Shown here: one piece after another, positions 34,501 to 45,049 of the stretch
Layout: each line of letters begins with the position of its first letter
Position numbering within the stretch: the stretch's first letter is position 1
Assembly (NCBI RefSeq): GCF_964355755.1
Contig: NC_092673.1
Coordinates: 21,511,648-21,575,647 of the forward strand
DNA length: 64,000 bases
Source of the DNA: Antedon mediterranea
Lineage: Eukaryota > Animalia > Echinodermata
Reading direction: 5' to 3'
Made by a program: the position numbers and the translations under genes
The notes under the pieces: model-generated
What the model was told of the DNA's origin: nothing
Seen by the model: the letters and a program-made list of their open reading frames with translations, nothing else
Database searches by the model: none

Positions 34501-36321
34501 AACGCTTGCGTTGCGTTTACGTCCTTGCGTCACGTTCTTGTGGGAACCTCGCTTAAGTAGTCATAAATACAAATTAGACAAAACGGGATTTAAAATTGGT
34601 AGTCCGTATATATTGAAACAAAAATTGTAATATGAATTTTATAATGTTCATAATACTTCTGAAGATCTGAAGTGGGACGAACAAAAGGAAAACACAAATA
34701 ACTGGACTGAGCTTGAGATCTTGCATAAAAACACAGACATAAACATTGTATAATAATTGTATAGCCTATAACTTATTTTACAAAAAAAGGAATGGGAGAG
34801 GTTGAACCCAGAATCCGATGATGTCTTGGTGGTGTCATACACGGCGCTTGAACTAGCTACGCAAAGAGGGATGTATGACGTAGTCAAGATGATCAAAGGT
34901 CAACAACTCAAACGCACAGTAGTAAAAGACACGAATGCAATTGATGATGCCAAACAGGTATGCAAAAAAAACATATATATAAACAAAATATTAATAAAAT
35001 AAACGCTAAATTGCTATTTATTATTGGTTCCTACTTTTTGACGCAATGCACGCAATTATACCAACATGGTGCTATAGATCTCCGGTCACCTGTCGTTTAT
35101 GATTGGTCGACTCACTTGCGTCAATAGGAGTAATTTATAAAGTTCTTGCCAAACTGTCCAACTGCAGTGGTAGTGTAGATCCTATTCTTTCAGTACAACA
35201 AATAATTACATACTAGCGACGCAACGCAACGCAATCTACGCAACGTAAGAAAATGCCCTTCCAATCATTGCGTTTGCCCCCGCCTGCGTGAAATCAAACC
35301 TACGATGTTTGCAGAACTATTGCGTCGTCGGTTCCCACTTGTGATTACGCAATACAACACTTTGCGTCGATACGTCACTGTGTTGCGTTCTAGTGGGAAC
35401 CACGTTTTAGTGGTAGAATATGCGCCTTGTTGGTTACGGTCCCGAGAGATTGACAAAATATGTTGGTTTTTTTGTATTAATAGGCTGACGTCGATACAAA
35501 TCGTTTAACTAATTCACAAGAAGCACGTGAACTACCAGCTGCAATACCAACCGTGGAACAAGAAGCACGTGAACTACCAACTTCAATACCAACCGTGGAA
35601 CAAGATCATTTAGATAATAATATCAACAAATATGAAAATAAAGTGGTAAGTTGTGTAACCTGTATTTAGATTTATTAAACAAATTAGGAATGTTACACGC
35701 AAATAGCATAATACAAATACTGTGCGTGGTTCCCACTAGCGACGCAACGCAAGGACGTAAACGCAACGCAAGCGTTTAACCAATGACAAGCGAAGTTATA
35801 GACAGTTAGCAATCACAAGCGAATAAGCCATCGCTTGTGATTGGTCAATTCACTTGCGTTGCGTTACGTCCTTATGTTGCGTCGCTAGTGGGAACCACGC
35901 TTACGCAACGTAAGAAAATGCCAATTCAAATAATTGTGTTTTCCCCCCGTCTGCGTGAAATCAAACCTGCGATGTTTGCAGCACTGTTGCATCGTTGGTT
36001 CCCACTTGTGATTACGCAATACAGCACTTTGCGTCGATACGTCGCTGCGTTACGTTGCGTTGCGTTCTAGTGGGAACCACGCTTTAGCTTGGTTTCAACT
36101 AGCACGCAACGGAATGGAATTGACCAATCACAAGAAACGGTTCGAATAATACATCGCTTGGATTAGTGTATTCGCTTGCGTTGCGGCAGATGTCTTTGCG
36201 TTGCGTCCTAGAGTGGGAACAAGCTAAAAAATTCACTTAAATTGAGAAATTGAACTGTATTCTTTGTTTTTTTCTTGTTTACCAGGCTCACCGACAAAGT
36301 TGCTGTTGTATTCTGTCATAG
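28666..36321 (+). CDS. Ankyrin-repeat protein with C-terminal CaaX box, about 309 aa. Coding exons: 28666-28707, 29041-29127, 29977-30099, 30203-30298, 30626-30712, 33719-33847, 34790-34957, 35484-35645, 36286-36321
   Basis: All exons are open and bounded by AG/GT. Ankyrin-like segments: FLMLAIDALETDISTLLIDRGIDINHK, SARDLAIENGLNDVVDMI, QLFAAVSDGSLTRTKQLISHIDADINMK, TLLMIAIKLNHSDVAELLVQGNIDV, TALELATQRGMYDVVKMI. Ends AHRQSCCCILS*. The start exon is the least certain. Confidence 0.85.
29203..29780. mobile_element. Cluster of PIF/Harbinger-type MITEs, family B (TIR AGCTTGGTTCCCACTAG)
   Basis: Copies 29203-29381 and 29417-29595 are inverted relative to each other. The second has a TTA TSD and interrupts a longer relative. 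Confidence 0.9.
30768..31316. mobile_element. Cluster of family B MITEs. Further copies at about 34218-34555, 35213-35408, 35724-36225, 39460-39587, 42550-42697, 50628-50884, 63803-63925
   Basis: Repeated GCTTGGTTCCCACTAG...CTAGTGGGAACCA(A/C)GC termini with ACGCA/TGCGT subterminal repeats. Confidence 0.9.
31322..33365. mobile_element. hAT5-like non-autonomous element (5-bp TSD) in ankyrin-gene intron
   Basis: TIR CAGGCCCGTAACCAGG / CCTGGTTACGGCCCTG. TSD TATTG (31317-31321, 33366-33370). Inserted into a family B MITE. Confidence 0.85.
32056..33309. mobile_element. Nested hAT5-like element (5-bp TSD)
   Basis: TIR CAGTGGCGGATCTAG / CTGGATCCGCCCCTG. TSD GGTTC (32051-32055, 33310-33314). Confidence 0.85.
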
Positions 36322-37447
36322 CGTTGACCAGATATTACCCGAGACAACAAGTTAAAATGTGTAGGAACATCATAAAAGTAGAGCTAAACAAGTATTGAAT
36401 CAAATACAGTTTAATTCTAGACTGCAAATATACCTGGAAATTGCCAGATATTAGGGAGGAACCTTACGAATACGTTTTCTGAGATAAACTTTGTATACTA
36501 CTGGATCCCGAAATTCGTTTTTGTGGAAATCACCCAAAATATGAACTTTTCAGAATTAAATTATTATGATCTGGTAGGTCTGGTGAGTATGTGTACGCAT
36601 CAGTTTTAACTTGTTGGGTCATTTGAGTCTCCACTCATAAAAAGGTGACTTCTAGGTGACTAAAATACATATTTAAACTGTCCGCTTGTGATTAGTCAAT
36701 TCGCTTACGTTGCGGTTGCGCCTTACATCTTTGCGTTGCGTTCTAACGAGAACAAGGTTTAACAAGTCAACATTTGGCTATTTTTTTCCTGTACTATAGT
36801 ACATGGATTTTTTTTCGAAAAATTGCCAAAATATCTTTTATTGAGGTAACATGCGCGGACCCCATTATGTGATTTTGCGCATATCACATTCAGTAACCAG
36901 TCATGTGAATGCGCAGACAATATTATGTGATTTTGCTCATGTTACATGATATAGTAACCAGTTATATGATTCTGCGCATGTCACATTATGATATACAGTA
37001 TTAACCAGATGTCAATACGAAGGTAAAAATCGGGTCACTTTTATTGACGTTCAAAATTCAATTGTGTTACCTATATATATTCAATTACAGACACATACCG
37101 TATCTTAGAAAAACTGTACTATAGTACAGGGATTTTTTTTTTCAAAAAATGGCCAAATTTCGACCTTTTTATTTTTATTACTCGGGGTACCCGAGTCTAG
37201 TACTTACTCATTTTCTCCTTCTCTTCCTCCATCTGGACACTATTGAGTAAAAAGTGCGATTTTTAAAGTACTACTCCTCCCTTATTCGTTATAGTATTGA
37301 GCTGGGATTTGGCATGAACATACTACAGGGACATGTCCTCAAAGCTATAGAGCCGGATTTTTAATTTTTTGTTAATTAATTTGTTTAATTAAGAAGCCAC
37401 AATGTGTGACACACACCACAGCGTTATGTAGTTATATGGTTATATGC

Positions 37448-37520
37448 GGATTCTTGGCGTAGTGGTTATCACGTTTGCTTAACACGCAGAAGGTACCTGG
37501 TTCGAGCCCGGACGAAACCT
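37448..37520 (+). pseudogene. tRNA-Val(AAC)-derived pseudogene, copy 1
   Basis: A-box TGGCGTAGTGG, anticodon arm TTTGC-TTAACAC-GCAGA, B-box GGTTCGAGCCC, followed by a T run. Acceptor, D and T stems have mismatches. Confidence 0.8.
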
Positions 37521-37731
37521 TTTTTTTAAACTTTATGGTGAAAAGTACTGTATACGCAATATGATAATTATACAGAGTATATCTTATTTTTATTATTTTT
37601 TAAAATACTTATTTTGTGTAATCGGTAATTATCACTTTTACACATGTTTATTTTGCTTTGTGCTTATTACCATTTATTTGTAATTTAAATGGATTAAAAA
37701 ACTTTCTGTAACCCACATTTTTAATGTAAGA

Positions 37732-37803
37732 GGTTTCGTAGTGTAGTGGTTGTCAAGTCTGCTTAACACGCAGAAGATCCCGGTTCGAGCCCTGGCGAAA
37801 CCT
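37732..37803 (+). tRNA. tRNA-Val(AAC)-like gene, probably a pseudogene, copy 2
   Basis: Perfect acceptor stem GGTTTCG/CGAAACC and anticodon arm TCTGC-TTAACAC-GCAGA. Single mismatches in D and T stems and a 1-nt deletion. TTTT just downstream. Confidence 0.65.
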
Positions 37804-38813
37804 ATTTTCTTTACTTTCTAACTGTATACGTCTGTATACAGCTTCTTTCGCTGTACCCCGAGTATTGCACATTCGTGCTTGTTTTACATAAATGGTTACT
37901 ATTTACGTCTATAATACGTCTATACGATGATTATATGCGCATATATAGCATTACTGCATAACAGTATTTTAAAAAGTGCGTATTTTTGACATTTTTTTTA
38001 AATGGCCAAATTTCAACTTTTATATTCTTTGAAAAATGGTTACTATAGGCCTACGTCGTCTATAAGATGATGATAACGCAATATATGCGCATATATAGCA
38101 ATATTATTGCATAATAATAGTATTTCAAAAAATGCGAATTTTTGCCATTTTTGGAAAAAAATCCCTTTAGGCCTACTATAATACAGGGATTTTTCCAACG
38201 TTTTTTTTCAAAAATTTGAATTTTTGATAATATACATGTACAGTACTATACTGTAGTACAGGAACTTTAAAATTCAATTATGCGCAAAGGAAACACATTT
38301 CCAGACTATTTTTACATTTCACACAATACCACATCTGTGACATTTATTTAAATACAATTTATTAGCATATATAGTGCCATCCAAATATACATACAATATT
38401 TATAATATGTACAACAACACATTTCTTTATAATAATAATAATACTGATCATTGAATAAGAAAATAAATAAACCAATAATCACATTTATATATGAAAATTG
38501 CAGAGGCGAACTGCAAGACATTTAAAACTACATAAAACGCGTTTCATCATGATTAGTTGACGCATTTATTTGTTATTGTGTAAAACACATAATGTTTATC
38601 GTTCTTAATGCTATAATGAACTATGGGGAGTTTTTAATTAATTTGCAATCTATAATAGGAAAAGATTGTTATATAATACTCCTTATGATAACAATCATAA
38701 TAATAATAATAATATAATAATTGCATTTTATGTGTAAACTATAAGTCGGCAAACGAATGCAACGATAAATTCGTTTTTGTCTTAGGTATCTATCTGCTTG
38801 TATAACACCCTAA

Positions 38814-38989
38814 AGGCCAATTTACACAGATGAGCGGTAATACTAATATAGAGTCTATGTTATTCATTATGACCATTACACAAGGCGCGGAGAGAACGGG
38901 CTGTTTCCGCTGAGGATATACAGATTCTACGTGGGACAAGCTACGCAGTTTTTCGCTTAACGTTACCGCTCGTCTGTTTAAATTGGCCT
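38814..38989. mobile_element. PIF/Harbinger-type MITE family C. Inverted second copy at 41698-41874
   Basis: TAA|AGGCCAATTTACACAG ... CTGTTTAAATTGGCCT|TAA. The internal sequence is the reverse complement of the 41698 copy. Confidence 0.8.
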
Positions 38990-40361
38990 TAATGTAGCCT
39001 AATAGTAATCTTTAAAAAACAATATTTAACAACAATAATAATAGTAACTCTGATAATGAATAAGCGATATATAAATCGCGTTCGTTTACATATCTATTTC
39101 ATTTCCGTATTCTACTTGCTTAGTACCGTATTCGTTAATTTTTATTGTATAACATCTAAATATATTCCGGTCATTTCATTGGACGCTTGTGGGTCACATG
39201 GCATGCTATTAGTACGCACTATTTGTATAATATTTCGGAATTGTAAGCAAGAGAACCGAAGTCATGTTAAAGTATTCTATAGTATATAGTTTAATAGTAT
39301 TCCAATTGTTTAGGAATTTGTTGAACATATATTTATAGATTTTCTTTTAAAATACAAAGCAATAATTCACCCAGTGACATCATAAACGTTATGATTTCAC
39401 GTTATTATGCTGACGTCATAACACGCGCGCATTGTATGCGTAAAGTTACATCCACACTTAGGCTTGGTTCCCACTAGGACGCAACGCAGGACGTAAGCCG
39501 TAAACCAATAAAAGCGATGGATTATTTTAACTGTCGCTTGTGATTGGTCAACTCGCTTGTGTTGCGTGCTAGTGGGAAACAAGCTTTAGGAAGAACGTAC
39601 AATGGCTCCATTCAATTCTATATATGATTTTCCAGTATTTAACAAGGCACCGTATGAATACAGCTTTACAGGTTTAAAAACATACTAATCGTGTAAATTC
39701 ATTGGAATAAACAAGTCAATAATATACGCACATTCTTCACAATGTGTTGCATTCTAATGATACAATATTTTGTATAGCACATTCGGTGGTTTGTGCTATA
39801 TAAAACGCGGTTAAAATAAACAAAGTACCGCAATTTGTAGCACCCAATTGTATAATAAATATATAAATTACAGTATTATCAATTTTCCTGAGTTCAATTA
39901 TTTAAATTATCTTATATAGGGTTTTGGATGGTCTATATCCAATAATATAAACCTATTAGCCATATTGTATAGATATTGAATACATGTTAACTGCTGGAAA
40001 CAGAGATGATTTTAATTCGTGAACCCACAAAAATGCAGTTGAGTTGTATATTATAATCACGCACGCATGCGCAGGCGTCTGATTAGGATACATTTTTCAT
40101 CGGTAAAACATTAGTAAACTAATGAAAAAATAATAATAATAATTTCTGATACTAATATTGCATTTACGGGTTGGGCTAGTTTCATTAAAAATATACATAA
40201 TTGCACAAAAAAACGTATAGCGCAGAGATTTGTAAATAAAACAAAATCGTCGTACGGACACGAATGTATTCACAGATTATTAAGTTAAATAATCCATTTT
40301 CAAAGAGTTATTTACATTAACTATAGTAAACATTATCTTTATACTAATATGAATGATATAT

Positions 40362-40545
40362 TTATAAACGTTTATGGTACGTCGATGATTGATCATGATT
40401 GAATTGTTGCGTGAACGGCGTTCCATACATTGTTCGTTTTAAGTATTAATAACTCAACTTATATAAACGTTTATGGTACGTCGATGATTGGTGATTGAAT
40501 TGTTGCGTTAACGGCGTTCCATACAATGCTCGTTTTAAGTATAAA
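40362..40545. repeat. Tandem duplication (~99-bp period) in the MMP 3' UTR
   Basis: TATAAACGTTTATGGTACGTCGATGATTG...CGTTTTAAGTAT occurs twice. Confidence 0.85.
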
Positions 40546-40569
40546 CAACTCTTTGAAAATAACAGTGGG

Positions 40570-43500
40570 TTATTCCACTTCACAGATATCATTCCAATAC
40601 GTATTCCAATCTTTTGGACGGATGAATTTTCGTTCATACACGTTGGCGCTTTTACGATGGTACGATATACGCCAATATTGATCTCCTTTGAAGAAAAATA
40701 ACGTTCGATGTTTTTGAGAATAATACGTTGCGTCGAAATTACTTGGGAGTGGATCATCGTTAACTGTTGGAAATCGTGGTGCATATACGTCATTTATTGG
40801 CTTTGGATAGCCGGAAATAACACTGTGTGAGTTTACATCAAATACATATACCTGCAATAAAAAAAAAGATCTTTATTGAAAATGACAAAAGAACATGTCT
40901 CTAGCAGGATTTTTAAAAAGAGAGAGAATTGAACGTTTTTTGTTGGTATTGTTTTAGGGATTCCTTAAGCCCAGCCTACACTAGCAAACTTTACATAAAG
41001 CCTTGTCTACACTAACTATCACACTTTATGTGACAAAAAAATGTGATGTGCACAAATATGTAGTGATATGGTCAAATATGGTAGTGATATGACATCATCA
41101 TGTCCATATATGGGCAAATCACATTTTTTCACATAAAGTTTGCTTGTGTAGGCTGGGCTTAAGTTCGAGTTTGCCACACTGTTTGACAAGACACGGCCTA
41201 ACTTGTTTTCTGCAAACTGCCGAAGTTTGTCACCTAGTAACCATAGGAAAACTTTTATTTATTTCAAACTTCGAGTTTGCAAACTGAAGCTAGGCGTATA
41301 AGTACATTACAAGGTGACATAGTTATTTTTGCTTATTCTTTGCATCCCTGATGAACTATATTTGTAATTTTTATGTAGAGAGATTAATGAATAAAATAAC
41401 TACATTCTACAAACTTACCTGAGATCCTTTAAAGAAATAGATATTTTTGTCTTTTTTATCAACGTGTGCAGTGTCTATGTTGTCTGGGACGCCAGGAAAT
41501 CTTGAGCTGATTGAATCCACAGTTCGATTCAGTAGCGCGCTTACATTGTTATAGAAATATATAGTGACATTTACTCCTAAAGTAGAAAAAACAATAAATA
41601 CTTAAATTATCTCATAATTCAACTATTATATTTATGTTATATTTGTGAATAAGGCAGGGAGGATGCCTGAAAAATATTGGAGACTTTTTGTTATTAAAGC
41701 CCAATTTACACAGTAACGGTAAGCGGAAAACCGCGTAGCTTGTCCCACATAGAATCTGTATCTATACTGGGCGGTAACCGCCCGTCCGCACCGCGCTTTG
41801 TTTAGATGGTCATAATGAATAGCATAGAATCTATATTTGTATTACCGTTGCCGCTTGTCTGTGTAAATTTGCCTTTAAGGCGATACAACTAGAGTTTAAG
41901 GCTAATATACTTTTTGCACATGCTCATACGTTTCTGTGCGTACGCAAAATGTAAGACGCGACTGCTGAGTGCATATTATGTTTAACGCTATGCCTATATA
42001 TGTCAAGCGTCATGAGACTATTGATGATTAAAAAGGGCAAAAACGCTACATACCCGAGAAAAAGTAAAGTGTATTGTCCACCTTGCGTATTTGAAGAACA
42101 GCATCAATTTTGGTCGGGACACCTGGCCAGTGAGAACTTGTAGGTCTCGGTTCTCCATCTCTCGTTTTATTGGACTTGTTCTCATAAATCCAGGTAAGGC
42201 TGTCGTTGAAGAAATAGGTTGTGTACACACGTGACGTGCCACCAGCCTTTGGCCGGACCCAGTCGACAATGCTGTCAAATCTACCGGAGCATTTTGCTAT
42301 AATAATTAATTATAAATCATTTATATTAGTAACTTAAATTAAGTTATACAATTAATTCAATTAAAAAGTATAAATTTGTCTATAACTCGTTAACATCAGC
42401 CCATCATCACACGTTAGCTCATCATCGTCCTTATATTTCATCAACAACAATACAGTATATAACAATTGTCGTATTCGATTTTGACTTTTACCAATGAGTT
42501 TTTTCGTTTAGTACTAATTTATCTATTTTGAGCGTTGAGATTGTTCTTAACGCTTGGTTCCCACTGTGACGCAACGCAAAGACGTAGACGCAACGCAAGC
42601 GAGATGACCAATGGCAACCGACAGTTCGATGATCCATCAACTCGTTTGACGGTTGCACTTACGTTGTTGCGTTGCGTCCTAAGTGGGAACCAATCTTAAC
42701 GAAAAAGCTTGCCTTGCCAACTTTTTCTATTCAAATGACTTTCTGTTGAGCAGAATCTCTTTAAAGGTTACCGTTAGAACACAAAAAAGTACTCAACGAA
42801 TCTTTGACAACGAAAGTTCCCATTCGAATATGAAAATTATCTTAACTATGTAACTATGTAACAGTTGAATCAGTTAAGTATCAGTACAATATATAACATT
42901 TAAGTATCTTACAATATATAACAGTTAAGTATCTTACAATATATAACAATATCTTACAATATATTCCATGAATGTCCTGTCTGTCTGAACTGTGCAATCC
43001 AAAATTGTTCTGATCGAATGATGTATAATAAGGGTACATTATAGCCTGTGTGTTTGCGGAATGATTCAACCCCAATACATGGCCTATCTCGTGCACTGCA
43101 GTCTTCAGAAGACTTATGCCTTGATTTGAAGCAATCGTAAAATGCACGTCGTTGTTAAAGTGTATGCCAGTATCGATGACGTGCGAATATACGGTTGGAT
43201 TTAAGCTACCGTCATCCTGAGCAAACGGGTGGCCGTCGCTATGTGGACCTGAAAGATACAATAACAATAATAATAATTTCAATTAATAAAATCTGTGCCG
43301 TGTGATATAGACTGAGTTTAGACAATTACATGAGTATAGGCACTGTGAGGTGACAAATGTATTACATGCGCCATGTTGTGGTCGTTTTAATACGACTAAC
43401 TCTAAAGACGGACGGGAAAGGGTGCTGCAACATACAAAGATCTAGTGATTGTATTTCGATATTTTGGGAAACCGGTTAGATCAAGACACAACTTTGCGCT

Positions 43501-45049
43501 GATTACTAGCTGCATTATGGGAGTATGTTTCCATACGTGTTTGATCCAAAAAAATGACTGGAGTAATAATGTTCAGCGCTTAGAGGTTTCATAACATTAG
43601 GCGCTATATATAAATCCAGGATATTATTATTATTAAACCAGATAAACAAATTATGTTCTTATGACCTGTCGTCATGTTACAATGTCATAAACAGTTTTTA
43701 CATTTAAATAAAGGATTATTTGCATACCACTTGTAAATGTTATCCCAATGTCAACATTCAAAACATCCCCATACAGGTTTTCTACAAAAATTAACGGCGT
43801 TATCTCAGCCCACATTCGAAAAGCATCTTTCATAGTATCGCGGACGCCATCCAGATCGGTTGCAATAATGCCGGTACTCTCAGACGAGGAATAAACTCTC
43901 CAGCTTACAACGTTCGAGGGAAATATTGTGTTCGCCTCTATTGTTAAATCATGATCACTTCCCAGTGAACGTTTTTTACGTTTAATAATCTCATAAAATG
44001 ATGACGAACGTTTTCTTCGCACTGGTGTGTTTGTCGTTGATGGAATTTCAGTAGCAGTGTCTGTATACGTGGTAAAAACAGTAGTTAGTGATTCGGCAGA
44101 CGATGACGTCGTTGAATCTATAGTCCTAGGCGACGCAGACGACCGTTGAACTTGGCGTAAACTTGGAATTACTGGTTTGTCTGATTTTGTTTTCTCTATT
44201 GCCGATTTTTTAATCATAAATTTACCCAGATTATCTGGTACACCACACCTTGGTAGTAGAAACATTTGCATTGTCTGTTTATCAACTTGCCCAGAAACTG
44301 GGAGCTTGTTCTGTTTTTGAAAACGTTTTACAGCCTCTTTAAAGAGTACCTGTTCTTCTGGGTTGTTACTGCTTTCTGGATCTATCGTGTTTTCTAATTC
44401 AGTTTCTGATCCCAAGTCTTCATAAATATAACTTTCACTATAAAAATAATCATATGAATCTTTGTTTGACGGTTTTGGCCCGTCATATTTCCAGTCTGTA
44501 AACTCCCATTTTCGTAAATTTCTGTTGAATTTTTGCATGTAACCAAATTCTTGAAGAAATTTCTGAAAAGAAAAAAAAAGTTCTATTTTACTTTAAATTA
44601 GTTTACAAATTTGAAGTTTTAGAAACATATGGGCATATTTCAACACCACAGCTTATCATTCGCACTCAGTACAAAACATTCGCACATTAGGCCTACAAAC
44701 AATTCACACAGTACGCACACGGTAGAGACAGTGCGCACATAACAAACAGTGCATGCTACCTCATTTGGCGGCGTACGTATAATTTTTTTCTTAACTTTCG
44801 AAATACTTCTTTTAAACATGAAATTACCTTAGCCTTTGCGTCAGATATGACCACATTTTCTTGTGGGTTCCACTCATAATGCGAACGCGAATCTTGGAAA
44901 AAGCGACCACGATGTACGCGCTCGTTCGATGTTGTTAACACAACGAGTAAACACAGGTGACAACCAAATAGCAAGTTACGGATTGAAGTTAGCTGACAAG
45001 TCATCGTTGATAATAGGACGACGGTGTGCCTGCTGCTGCTGGACGACAT
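40570..45049 (-). CDS. MMP21: Matrix metalloproteinase-21-like, about 676 aa. Coding exons: 45049-44828, 44562-43728, 43248-42958, 42296-42054, 41576-41419, 40851-40570
   Basis: Hydrophobic signal peptide, KFLQEFGY, cysteine switch PRCGVPD, furin sites RRKR and RKKR, zinc motif HEIGHVLGLNH, Met-turn AIMYP, hemopexin domain from KCSGRFD to WNDICEVE*. GISLLKTAVHE, FDSIVDWVR and YENKSNKTRDGEP match the MMP21 subfamily as recalled. The spliced frame is 2031 nt. An alternative ATG lies at 45004. Confidence 0.92.

Larger units (their letters stand above)
37175..37885 (+). mobile_element. Helentron-associated non-autonomous element containing two tRNA-Val-like copies
   Basis: 5' TTATTACTCGGGGTACCCGAGT (subTIR + hairpin). 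3' GTACCCCGAGTA, then hairpin GCAC-ATTC-GTGC and TTGTTTT. T-rich insertion context. Confidence 0.7.
36788..38188. mobile_element. Degenerate foldback-like element enclosing the tRNA-carrying HINE
   Basis: Imperfect ~45-bp inverted ends CCTGTACTATAGTACATGGATTTTTTTTCGAAAAATTGCCAAAA / TTTTGCCATTTTTGGAAAAAAATCCC...ATACAGG, with internal re-use of the same motif. Confidence 0.4.
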
